Shown: positions 9,660 to 18,071 of the stretch, in pieces
How the letters are laid out: every line of letters starts with the position of its first letter
How positions within the stretch are numbered: position 1 is the stretch's first letter
Assembly: GCA_963708135.1 (NCBI GenBank)
Contig: OY970192.1
Coordinates: 4,352,001-4,416,000 of the forward strand
From: an uncultured Gemmatimonadales bacterium
Lineage (GTDB): Bacteria; Gemmatimonadota; Gemmatimonadetes; Longimicrobiales; RSA9
Reading direction: 5' to 3'
DNA length: 64,000 bases
Notes under the pieces: generated by a model
The model's database searches: none
What the model was told of the DNA's origin: nothing
What the model saw: only the letters and a program-made list of their open reading frames with translations
Program-made: the position numbers and the translations under genes

Positions 9660-10472
9660 ATGCCCGGTCGTCCCTACATCCTTGCCGAGACCCCGCTGCG
9701 CGTGCTCCAGGAGACCCGCTGGGAGGTGGCGGTCCTGCCGTGGGGAGCTACGGAAGCGCACAACCTGCACCTCCCCTACGGTACCGACACGCTCGAGTCG
9801 GAGCGCGTGGCCGCCGAGTCCTGCCGCGTGGCGTGGGAGCGAGGCGCGCGCGTGGTCGCGCTTCCGGCCGTGCCCTTCGGCGTGAACACCACCCAGCTCG
9901 ACATTCCGCTGACCCTCAGCCTGGATCCCACCACGCAGCTCGCCGTGCTCGGCGACCTCGTCGCCTCGCTCGAGCACCAGGGCATCCCGAAGCTGGTGAT
10001 CCTGAACGGCCACGGTGGCAATGACTTCCGCTGGATGGTCCGCGAGCTGTATCCCCGCCACGAGCTGTTCGCCTGCGTGATCGAGTGGTGGAAGGTCGCC
10101 GACGCGGCTGCATGGTTCGACGAGCCGGGCGACCACGCAGGCGAGCTCGAGACCAGCGTCATGCTGCACCTGGCCCCCGAGCTGGTGCTGCCGCTCGAGC
10201 AGGCCGGGTCCGGTCATGCCCGCCCCGCCGCGCTCGAGGCGCTCCGGCGCGGATGGGCCTGGACGCCGCGCCCCTGGACGCGCGTCACCGACGATACGGG
10301 CGTCGGCGACCCGGCCGCCGCCTCCGCCGAGAAGGGCCGCGGCTTCTTCGAGGCCACGACCGGCGCGATCGCCGAGTTCCTGGTGGAGCTCGCCGCCGCG
10401 GATCCCGATGCCATCTTCGGCGGCGCGGAGGGGCCGGGGCTCCCGCGCGCCGACCATGGCCCCCACGGCTGA
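9660..10472 (+). CDS. Creatininase-family amidohydrolase
   Basis: LPWGATEAHNLHLPYGTD, NGHGGN, DHAGELETS. Confidence 0.92.
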   Translation: MPGRPYILAETPLRVLQETRWEVAVLPWGATEAHNLHLPYGTDTLESERVAAESCRVAWERGARVVALPAVPFGVNTTQLDIPLTLSLDPTTQLAVLGDLVASLEHQGIPKLVILNGHGGNDFRWMVRELYPRHELFACVIEWWKVADAAAWFDEPGDHAGELETSVMLHLAPELVLPLEQAGSGHARPAALEALRRGWAWTPRPWTRVTDDTGVGDPAAASAEKGRGFFEATTGAIAEFLVELAAADPDAIFGGAEGPGLPRADHGPHG

Positions 10473-10505
10473 CGGCGCCCGCCGGCGGCGCGTCCGCCCC
10501 GGACC

Positions 10506-11780
10506 TCAGCGGCCGTCCTGGCCATTCCGGAGCGCCGGGGCCGTGCCGGCCACCACCACCTCCAGCCGTGCCTGTGCGGTCCGGAGCGCAGCCTCGACGG
10601 CCGCCGGCGTAGCGGCGCGGGCGAAGACGAACCCGAGGTAGCGGTTCCCCTCCGGGAGCGGCCGCAGCTCCGAGCCGGCGGGGATCGACAGCACCACGTC
10701 TTCCACCCCCTCGACCTCGCGCGCGGCGGCCATGCCGCGGACCTCGGCCAGGATACCCGCCCGCGGGATCGGCAGCATGAGCACGCCGCTCGCCCGGAGC
10801 GCGGGCGTCGCATCGACCGGCAACCCCAGCGCATGGCGGATCACCAGCGTTTCGAGCGAGGCGACGTCCCCGCCGCCGAAGCGGAGCGAGCGCGAGCACA
10901 GGCCGCCGATCGTGCGCGGCGCCACCTCGAGCGGCCACGCGCCTGCGTCGTTCCAGCGCAGCTCGGCGTGGATCGGGCCTTCCCGCAGCCCGATCGCTGC
11001 CGCCGCGCCGGCCGCCGTCCGCTCGAGCTCCGTCTGCGCCGCCGCCGGCAGCCGCGAGGGCGTGATGAAGAGGGTCTCCTCGAAGAACGGGCCCTCCAGC
11101 GGGTCCGGCTTGTCGAAGAGCGCGAGCACCCGCAGCCGTCCGGACTCGAGCAGCCCATCCAGCGCCACCTCCTGCCCCGGCACGTAGCCTTCCACAAGCA
11201 CCCTCTCCGCTGCCGGGCCGTGCGCGCGCCGTACCTCCGGCTCGGCGAGAATACGCGCGATCCGCCGGAACGCGCGCGCGAACGAGTCCGCATCGTCCGC
11301 GCGGATGACCCCCCGGCTGGCGGACAGCGCGGTCGGCTTCAGCACGCAAGGGTAGGCGACGTGGCCCGCGGCGCCTTCCGGGTCCGCTCCGACTTCGAAG
11401 CTCCTGAACCATGGCGTCGCCACCCCGGCCGCGCGCAGCGCCGCGCGCATGGCATCCTTGTGTCGGGCCGTGCGCACCGCGGCGGGCGGATTGTGCCGCA
11501 GGCCCAGCGCGGCGGCGGCCGCGGCCGCCACGGCGACGCCCTCGTCCTCCGCCGCCAGCACGGCATCCAGCGGCCGCTCCCGCGCGAGCGCGCGGATGCG
11601 CTCGACCGAGCCCGCCACGTCCGCCAGGTCCAGGTACAGCGTCCCGCCCGGCGCTTGCGCCGCCAGCGTCTGCCGATGGTCCGAGCCCACCACCACCTCC
11701 GCGCCCACCACCGCGGCCGCGGCGAGGAAATCCGCCGCCCGGTAGCTCGTCCTGGCCAGGATCAGCAGGATGCGCGGCAT
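10506..11780 (-). CDS. ATP-grasp domain protein (L-amino-acid-ligase-like)
   Basis: YPCVLKP..LSASRGV, LVEGYVPGQE, GPIHAELR, EVAPRTIGG; C-terminal YLGFVFA. Confidence 0.88.
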   Translation of the reverse strand: MPRILLILARTSYRAADFLAAAAVVGAEVVVGSDHRQTLAAQAPGGTLYLDLADVAGSVERIRALARERPLDAVLAAEDEGVAVAAAAAAALGLRHNPPAAVRTARHKDAMRAALRAAGVATPWFRSFEVGADPEGAAGHVAYPCVLKPTALSASRGVIRADDADSFARAFRRIARILAEPEVRRAHGPAAERVLVEGYVPGQEVALDGLLESGRLRVLALFDKPDPLEGPFFEETLFITPSRLPAAAQTELERTAAGAAAAIGLREGPIHAELRWNDAGAWPLEVAPRTIGGLCSRSLRFGGGDVASLETLVIRHALGLPVDATPALRASGVLMLPIPRAGILAEVRGMAAAREVEGVEDVVLSIPAGSELRPLPEGNRYLGFVFARAATPAAVEAALRTAQARLEVVVAGTAPALRNGQDGR

Positions 11781-11978
11781 CGGACCTCCGGCGTCCGGCC
11801 CGTCGAAGGGCGGGAGCGCCCGGCAAAGAGTAGCGGGTGCCGGAAAAAAGTACGCGCTCGCCACGCCGGCGGCCACGTGGCGCGACCAAGCCGACGGCCG
11901 CATCCGCGACACGGCCGGCGCGCCGGCCTGCGCTCGGCGCCCGGGGCCGCGGGCGCGGGACGGATCCGCCCGCCGCCG

Positions 11979-11994
11979 GGGTACGCCAGTTGCG
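11979..11994 (+). promoter_or_regulatory. Putative sigma54 -24/-12 promoter
   Basis: GG-TACGCCAGTT-GC, about 75 bp upstream of the ATG at 12068. Confidence 0.55.
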
Positions 11995-12067
11995 AGACGC
12001 ACCTCCTCCGGCCGCAGCGGACTCCTCGACCGTCCTCCGCACGCCGGCTTTTCCGGGAGCCCCACCT

Positions 12068-12763
12068 ATGCCCGAACGCTACAGGACGCGCAGGCTGAGC
12101 GCGGATCTCCGGCGGCAGCTGGATGTCGCCACGGCCATCGCCACCGAAGAGCTGATGGCGGCCCACGCCATCCACGTGCTGGAGCTGGTCGAGCTCAGCG
12201 GCGCCCGCGTCGCGCCCGAGCGGCTCGTGGAGATCTATCTTCGGCTCCACGGCGTCGAGGGTCCCCAGGCACTGGTCGTCCGCACGCGCGTGCTTGCCGC
12301 GCTCGGCCACAAGGCGCGCTCCACGGTCGTCGAGCCGCAGGAGGCTGGCGAGAGCCGCGGCACGGTCGGCGAGGCCGGGGCGCCCCCGCCCCGCGGCATC
12401 TTCCGCTACCTGCGGGAGCGGTTCCGCGGCCGCGTCCACACCGACCTGCGCCGCTGGGTCGAGCTCCACACCGGCCGGGCCGCCATGGGCCTCCTCGACA
12501 TCCACGTCCGCAACGCGCTGGCCTTCGTGGACATCCTCGGGGACGCCCCCCTGCACCTCGGGGTCCAGACCTACCGCGAGATGCTCGGCGTCTCCGAGAG
12601 CCTGCGCGATGTCCTGTACTGGATGGTGCTCGAGCGGATCGGCCGCGCCGAGCTGCCGCCTACGGGCGCGCTCCCGCTGCCGCGCAGCTCCGACGCCGGT
12701 GCCGGATCCGCCCCCTCGAACGGCCGCCGTCCCCGCCTGCGCCCGCCCTACCGCACCGCCTGA
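12068..12763 (+). CDS. Hypothetical helical protein with internal duplication; paralog of 3805..4467
   Basis: GGGAG RBS; GRVH, LHTGR and YREMLGV shared with the 3805 gene. Confidence 0.85.
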   Translation: MPERYRTRRLSADLRRQLDVATAIATEELMAAHAIHVLELVELSGARVAPERLVEIYLRLHGVEGPQALVVRTRVLAALGHKARSTVVEPQEAGESRGTVGEAGAPPPRGIFRYLRERFRGRVHTDLRRWVELHTGRAAMGLLDIHVRNALAFVDILGDAPLHLGVQTYREMLGVSESLRDVLYWMVLERIGRAELPPTGALPLPRSSDAGAGSAPSNGRRPRLRPPYRTA

Positions 12764-12922
12764 GGCCGCGAGCCGCGGCCACGCGGGCGTCGCGCCGGCA
12801 GTGCCGCGACTTCCGCGTGAGCCGGTTGACTATGGCCCCCTTCCGTGCGCATTCTGCCGCGGCGGAGGCGGCCGACGCCCGCCGCTCTCCAGAATTCGGC
12901 GATCCATCACGCTGGGGGAGCG

Positions 12923-13978
12923 TTGAGAGAAGGCATCATCCTGCTGAACTTCGGGGAACCGGCCGAGCCAACCCCCGAGGCCGTCGTCCCGTTCCTCGAG
13001 CGCATCTTCCTCGCCAACGCCCCGCTCGAGTCGCAGGCCACCGCCGAGGCGGTGCGGGCGCGCTGCCGCCAGCTCGCGGAGCAGCGCGCGCCCGGACTCA
13101 TCGCGGAGTACCGCGCCATCGGCGGTTCGCCGCTCGACCGGCAGGCCCGCGCCCAGGCCGATGCCCTCGCCGGCGAGCTGGCGCGGCGCGGGCACGATGC
13201 CGTGGTCCACGTCGCCAACCAGTTCTCCGATCCCCTGATCCGCGACGTGGTGGCCCGCGCCCGCGCCGACGCCGTCGAGCGGCTCGTCGGGCTGCCCGTC
13301 TTTCCGATATGTGGGCCGTCCACCAACCTGGCGGCGCTGGAGGAACTCGCGGCCGAGATCGAGGCGGCCGGCTGGGCCGTCGAGCGCGTGGAGGTCACCG
13401 GCTGGCACAGCCACCCCCAGTACGTGCGCATGCGCGCCGACGGGATCGTGGCCGCGGCCATGGCCGCCGGCCTCGACCTGAACGGCGGACGCCACCGCCT
13501 CGTCTTCTCCGCACACGGGACGCCCATGAAGTACATCGAGGCGGGAAGCCGCTACCGCGCCTACACCGGGGAGAGCTGCGCCGCCATCGCCGCCGCGGCC
13601 GGCGTGACCGACTACGTCCTCGGCTATCAGAACCACGGCAACCGGCCGATCGAATGGACCCAGCCCGCCATCGACGCCGCCGTCGCCGACATCGAGGCCG
13701 ACGCCGTGCTCGTCGTCCCCGTCAGCTTCATGCACGAGCAGTCGGAGACGCTCGCCGAGCTGGACATCGAGCTGCGCGAGGAGGTCGAGGAGCGCGGCAT
13801 CGCCTTCCACCGGGTGCCCGTCCCGCACGATGATCCCCGCTTCGCGACCATCCTCGCGGACCTGGTCGAGGGCGCCCTCGGCGAGGCGGCGGCAGCGCCG
13901 ATCCGGCTGCGCCAGTGCGTGTGTCGGCCCGTGCCCTGTGCCCGGTGCACGAACGCAGCGCCGGTCGAAAAGACTTGA
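12923..13978 (+). CDS. hemH: Ferrochelatase with Cys-rich C-terminus
   Basis: [35 protein letters not shown].....ETL.ELD; TTG start with GGGGAG RBS. Confidence 0.92.
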   Translation: MREGIILLNFGEPAEPTPEAVVPFLERIFLANAPLESQATAEAVRARCRQLAEQRAPGLIAEYRAIGGSPLDRQARAQADALAGELARRGHDAVVHVANQFSDPLIRDVVARARADAVERLVGLPVFPICGPSTNLAALEELAAEIEAAGWAVERVEVTGWHSHPQYVRMRADGIVAAAMAAGLDLNGGRHRLVFSAHGTPMKYIEAGSRYRAYTGESCAAIAAAAGVTDYVLGYQNHGNRPIEWTQPAIDAAVADIEADAVLVVPVSFMHEQSETLAELDIELREEVEERGIAFHRVPVPHDDPRFATILADLVEGALGEAAAAPIRLRQCVCRPVPCARCTNAAPVEKT

Positions 13979-14002
13979 CTCGGCGCCCGATCGCGATAAA
14001 TT
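13975..14002 (+). promoter_or_regulatory. Putative sigma70 promoter of the cold-shock gene
   Basis: TTGACT-N16-TAAATT. Confidence 0.45.
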
Positions 14003-14190
14003 CATCGTTTGGCGGCAGGATCCGGCCGAGAGGCCGGTTATACCAGTCTTCGAGAAAGGGACTCGGGCGCACGTCGCACGGGCCCCTTTTTCATGCGAGC
14101 ACCCCTGCCGCCCGGTGGCTGGGCTCGCGCAACACGTCGGTTGGTACGGAAATGCCGGACCCCGACAAACAACACGAGAGGGAGTACCGC

Positions 14191-14397
14191 ATGCGTACCA
14201 CCGGAACGGTGAAGTGGTTCAACGACGCCAAGGGCTTCGGGTTCATCACCCCCGAGAACGGCGAGAAGGACTGCTTCGTCCACCACACGGCCATCCAGGC
14301 CACCGGCTTCAGGACGCTCGCCGAGGGCGACCGGGTGGAGTTCGACATCGTGCAGGGCCAGAAGGGCCCCGCCGCCGAGAACGTCACGAAGATCTGA
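14191..14397 (+). CDS. Cold-shock protein (CspA family)
   Basis: [15 protein letters not shown] (RNP1), CFVH (RNP2), [10 protein letters not shown]. Confidence 0.97.
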   Translation: MRTTGTVKWFNDAKGFGFITPENGEKDCFVHHTAIQATGFRTLAEGDRVEFDIVQGQKGPAAENVTKI

Positions 14398-14421
14398 GCT
14401 CGCGCCCCCAGGCAGGGGCAA

Positions 14422-14461
14422 GAGAAGAGGGCTGCGCCGGAAACGGTGCAGCCCTCTTCTC
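14422..14461. terminator. Probable bidirectional terminator
   Basis: GAGAAGAGGGCTGCGCCG-GAAA-CGGTGCAGCCCTCTTCTC hairpin between convergent genes. Confidence 0.8.
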
Positions 14462-14493
14462 ACATTCGGCGGCCGGCTGGCGCCGCGCGCGTC

Positions 14494-15618
14494 TCAGCGC
14501 CGCCGGCGCGACGCTCGGCCGCTGGCCGCCTTGGCCGCCATCCGCGCCGGGGCGCGCGCCGCCGTGCTCGGGCCACCCCGGGCCCCGGCGGCGGCCTTCC
14601 CCGCCGGCTCCTTGCGCACCGCAGAGGCACGCGGAGCGGAAGCCGGCCCCGCCCCGGCACGGGCGCCGGAGCGGGATCCGCCCTTCCCTGGCCCGCCCAC
14701 CTTCGCCGCTCCCTTCCGCGCGGCCGCGCCGCCGGCCTTCTTCGGGGTGGGCTTCGCGGCCGGCGACCGTCTCGCCGGCGACTTCTTCGGCGCGGCCTTG
14801 CTGGCCGGCTTCTTCGCGGCCGACTTCTTCGGCGCGGACTTCTTCGCCGATTTCTTCGCGGCCGGCTTCTTCGCCGCGGCCTTCTTCACCGCGGACTTCT
14901 TCTTCGCGGCCGGCTTCTTCGCGGCCGGCTTCCTCGCCGCGGCCTTCTTCTTCGCGGCCGGCTTCTTCGCGGCCGGCTTCTTCGCGGCCGGCTTCTTCGC
15001 GGCCGGCTTCTTCGCGGCCGGCTTCTTCGCGGCCGGCTTCTTCGCGGCCGGCTTCTTCGCCGCAGGGGCCTCCGCGGCCGGCTTCCTGGCGGGCGGCTTC
15101 CTGGCGACCGGCTTGTTCGCGGGCGGCTCCTTCGGGGCGGCGGCCGTCGCGGGCGGCTTCTCGCGGGCGGCCTTCTTCGCGGCGCGCGGCTTCGTGGCGG
15201 CCGGCTTCTTCGCGCGTCCACGGGCGTCCGCCCTCGAGCGTCCGGCACGCGCAGCCGCGGCCCGCTCGGCCGCGGCGGCCTCGCTCAGCGGCTTGAGCGG
15301 CTCGGCGGAGGCGGGCTCGGGCTCCGGCTCGGGCTCCTCGACCACGGGCGGCTCGGGGGGGCTGGGGTCCACCAGGATGTTGGAGGAGGCGGCGTAGAAG
15401 GGGTGGGTCCTGGGCGGTGGCAGGCGGAGCTCCAGAAGTCGGCTGCCGTCCCCGGTCTTGCCGAGAACGCGCGAGACCTCCGCCAACCCCTCCGTGCAGT
15501 AGACCTGCTCGCCGACCCCGGGCAGGCGCTGGTCACCCGAAACCCAGCCGGGAACCGCGTCCTCGTCGACGCGCAGTGAGGCATTGGAGAGCCGCCTCGA
15601 GCTGTTCAGGTGCGACAT
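14494..15618 (-). CDS. Histone H1-like Lys/Ala/Pro-rich protein with a folded N-terminal domain
   Basis: About 85-aa globular N-terminus, acidic Pro linker, then a long PAAKK-repeat tail. The start codon is inferred. Confidence 0.8.
   Translation of the reverse strand: MSHLNSSRRLSNASLRVDEDAVPGWVSGDQRLPGVGEQVYCTEGLAEVSRVLGKTGDGSRLLELRLPPPRTHPFYAASSNILVDPSPPEPPVVEEPEPEPEPASAEPLKPLSEAAAAERAAAARAGRSRADARGRAKKPAATKPRAAKKAAREKPPATAAAPKEPPANKPVARKPPARKPAAEAPAAKKPAAKKPAAKKPAAKKPAAKKPAAKKPAAKKPAAKKKAAARKPAAKKPAAKKKSAVKKAAAKKPAAKKSAKKSAPKKSAAKKPASKAAPKKSPARRSPAAKPTPKKAGGAAARKGAAKVGGPGKGGSRSGARAGAGPASAPRASAVRKEPAGKAAAGARGGPSTAARAPARMAAKAASGRASRRRR
14947..15066. repeat. Coding 15-bp tandem repeat (PAAKK)
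   Basis: Seven perfect CTTCTTCGCGGCCGG units (14947-15051) plus one variant. Confidence 0.95.
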
Positions 15619-16033
15619 CGGCTCGCTCCATTCATAGGTCCCTCCCGCGGCACCGACGCAGCGACGGCCACGTGCGCCCGGAACCAGTTCGGGGATCGGC
15701 CCGCGCCACACGGAGCCCCCGTTCGAGGAGGAGACTCGCGATCGCCGAATCCCTACCCCGAAGAGCAACCAAATGTTGCATTTTCCACCGGGTGCACGGG
15801 CCGCCCCTCCGACGATGGAGGACGGGCGCGCGACCTCGCTAAACCTCGTGGTCCGCCCGCCCGGAATGCCGCCTCGCGGCAACCAAGATAGCGAATTTTC
15901 CGCGGAACGGGGACGGCTTTCTTGCGCGCGTCCGTTCACGGGGCGGGCAGGGGCCCGCTGCAGGCAGATCCAAGTTGCGGTCCGCCAGTAACTTGACGGT
16001 CATGTGCGCAAGTGGTTTCGCACCTGTCCGGGC

Positions 16034-17323
16034 TCACGCCCGCAGCAGCCCCGGCAGCAGCACGCCGTCCGGGGCGTCGAAGTCGAGGCCGAGTAGCTCG
16101 GCCACGAGCGGAGCGATCTGGGTCAGTCCCATTATCGGGACGGTGATGCCGGGGCGGAAGCCGGCGGACCATCCGATGAAGCCGGTGTCCATGGCATGGA
16201 GCGAAGGCAGATACCCATGGGTGCCGCGGTGCGGAGCGTGGCCCATGGCGCGGGCGGCGTCGCCGAACATGATACCGGGGGCGGCGGTGAGGGCGAGCGG
16301 GATGTCGGGCTCGGCGCGGAGGGTGTCGAGCTCGTCGCGGTCCATCAGGCGGAAGAGCCTGCGCTTTCCCTCGGGGCGGGCGCGGAGGACGTCGATGACG
16401 CGGGCGACGGCGTCGTCATCGGCGGGGTCGCGCAGGTGGAGGGTAGTCGTGCCGAAGCCGCCGTGGAAGGCCGCGCGCCAGTCGCCGCGGTCGGGGCGGT
16501 CCTCGAGGAGTCCGGCGTCCGCGAGCCAGCGGTTGGGGAAGATGGCGGTATGGACGTCGGTGAAGCCGTGGTCGCCGGTGATGATGAAGGCGGTGGAGTC
16601 GATGAGGCCGCAGCGCCGTGCGGTCTCGAGGATCTCGGCCACCCCGACGTCGGCGGCCGCGAGAGCGCTTCGGGTGCGGGGCCCGTCCGTTCCCTCCTCG
16701 TGGCTCCAGTGGTCGAGCTCGAGGAGGTGGACGAGGAGCAGGTCGGGGCGCATCGCCTCGAGGAGCCAGGACGCCATCGCCGCGGCGCGGCCGTCCCTGG
16801 CCAGGTCGGCCGAGGTGAAGCTGCCCGCGCGGAGTCGGCCGGTGGCCTCGCGCTCGAGGACCTCGAGGAAGCCGGGAGGCGACGTCGCCTGACGTACGGG
16901 CTCAATGGGGTCCGCGGCATCCGCGTCGAGAGGCCAGATGTCGGGGACGCACCAGTCCAGCGGGGCGCCGACGCTGACGGGCCACCCGATGCTGGCGCTG
17001 GTACGGCGCTGGGCGGCCGTGGCGTCCCAGAGCGCAGGGATCCGAACGTGGGAGGCCTCCCACAGCCAGCGCTCGGTGTGGCCGGCGGCCTCGAAGGGGC
17101 GGTTCGCGTAGATGCCGTGCTGGCCGGGCGTCGCGCCGGTGAGGATGGAGGTATGGGAGGGGTAGGTGAGCGTGGGGAAGACGCCTTCCACACGGATGGC
17201 GTGCGCGCCCTCGCGGGCCAGGTGCTGGAGAGTGGGCGCCGGCCACCGGTCGTCCAGGTAATGATCCGGCCGGAGCCCGTCGATCGAGACGAGCACCACG
17301 CGGCGGGTGCGCGTGCGAGGCAC
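16034..17323 (-). CDS. Alkaline phosphatase superfamily nucleotide pyrophosphatase/phosphodiesterase
   Basis: SIDGLRPD, PTLTYPSHTSILTG, LDHWSH..G, TGDHG, GTHGY. Confidence 0.9.
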   Translation of the reverse strand: MPRTRTRRVVLVSIDGLRPDHYLDDRWPAPTLQHLAREGAHAIRVEGVFPTLTYPSHTSILTGATPGQHGIYANRPFEAAGHTERWLWEASHVRIPALWDATAAQRRTSASIGWPVSVGAPLDWCVPDIWPLDADAADPIEPVRQATSPPGFLEVLEREATGRLRAGSFTSADLARDGRAAAMASWLLEAMRPDLLLVHLLELDHWSHEEGTDGPRTRSALAAADVGVAEILETARRCGLIDSTAFIITGDHGFTDVHTAIFPNRWLADAGLLEDRPDRGDWRAAFHGGFGTTTLHLRDPADDDAVARVIDVLRARPEGKRRLFRLMDRDELDTLRAEPDIPLALTAAPGIMFGDAARAMGHAPHRGTHGYLPSLHAMDTGFIGWSAGFRPGITVPIMGLTQIAPLVAELLGLDFDAPDGVLLPGLLRA

Positions 17324-17326
17324 GCT

Positions 17327-17884
17327 TCAGTGGCCGAGGTTGAGGAGAACGAGGTCGGCGCGGCCATCGCCGTTGCGGTCCACCAGCTCGGCGAGGGGGA
17401 TGCCGGCGGCGCGGATGGTGACCGCCGATCCGCCGCCGGCCGGGGTCAGCCATCGTCCCGTCAGGGGCCCCGCGGCGCCGAGGAGTTGCGCGCGCTCGGC
17501 GAGCCGGCCGAGGATGACGCTGCCGAGCACCTGCGCGAGCGTGGGCTGCGTGATGACGGTGCCCGCGCCGTAGCGACGCGAGAGCGGAATGCTGTCCCAG
17601 CCGGCGCGGCCCCAGCGGTACGTGCCGCCCAGGCCGAAGCCCTTCTCGAGGCACCATTGCCGGCCGTAGACGGGGTGGCCCGCGCCGCTCCGGCAGAAGG
17701 CGGGGGCGCCGGCGCGGGCGCGCTCGACAGGGCGGGTCTCCCGCTCCAGCTCGCGTTGCTGCTTCCCGTGCTCCTTCTGCGCGTGGGCGGGCCGGGGGTG
17801 GGGCTTCTGCGCGGCTGCCGGGGCCGCGGCCGCGAGGGTGATCGCGAGGGCGGCGCCGGTAGTGAGAATTCCGTAGCGAAGCAT
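17327..17884 (-). CDS. Secreted hypothetical protein
   Basis: AAGGAG RBS; signal peptide; PAFCRSGAGHPVYGRQWC; C-terminal DRNGDGRAD (possible Ca-binding loop). Confidence 0.8.
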   Translation of the reverse strand: MLRYGILTTGAALAITLAAAAPAAAQKPHPRPAHAQKEHGKQQRELERETRPVERARAGAPAFCRSGAGHPVYGRQWCLEKGFGLGGTYRWGRAGWDSIPLSRRYGAGTVITQPTLAQVLGSVILGRLAERAQLLGAAGPLTGRWLTPAGGGSAVTIRAAGIPLAELVDRNGDGRADLVLLNLGH

Positions 17885-17969
17885 CGGGTCCTCCTTATCT
17901 CATGGTTTCGCCATGCTTTACGTGTCCCGGTCGGCGCCCCGGGCGAGCCGGGCCGCGCGGGAGCGACGG

Positions 17970-17985
17970 TGCAAGGGGCTTGCCT
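17970..17985 (-). promoter_or_regulatory. Putative sigma54 promoter
   Basis: Minus strand aGG-CAAGCCCCTT-GCa, about 86 bp upstream of 17884. Confidence 0.55.
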
Positions 17986-18071
17986 CGGGACCCCCGTCCG
18001 CCCCACCGTGCGGGCTGCAGCGTACCTGGAACGTGCAACGTCCGCAGATCCGGCCCGACCGGGAGGCCCCG

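Noticed and set aside
9660..11780. Creatininase plus ATP-grasp as a peptide biosynthetic cluster
   Set aside because: The genes are convergent, with no precursor peptide or other tailoring genes.
14531..15397. Plus-strand AAGFF-repeat ORF
   Set aside because: Antisense of the PAAKK-repeat gene.
15765..15779. GCAAC-N5-GTTGC inverted repeat as an operator
   Set aside because: Short and single, with no regulator nearby, so it cannot be separated from chance.
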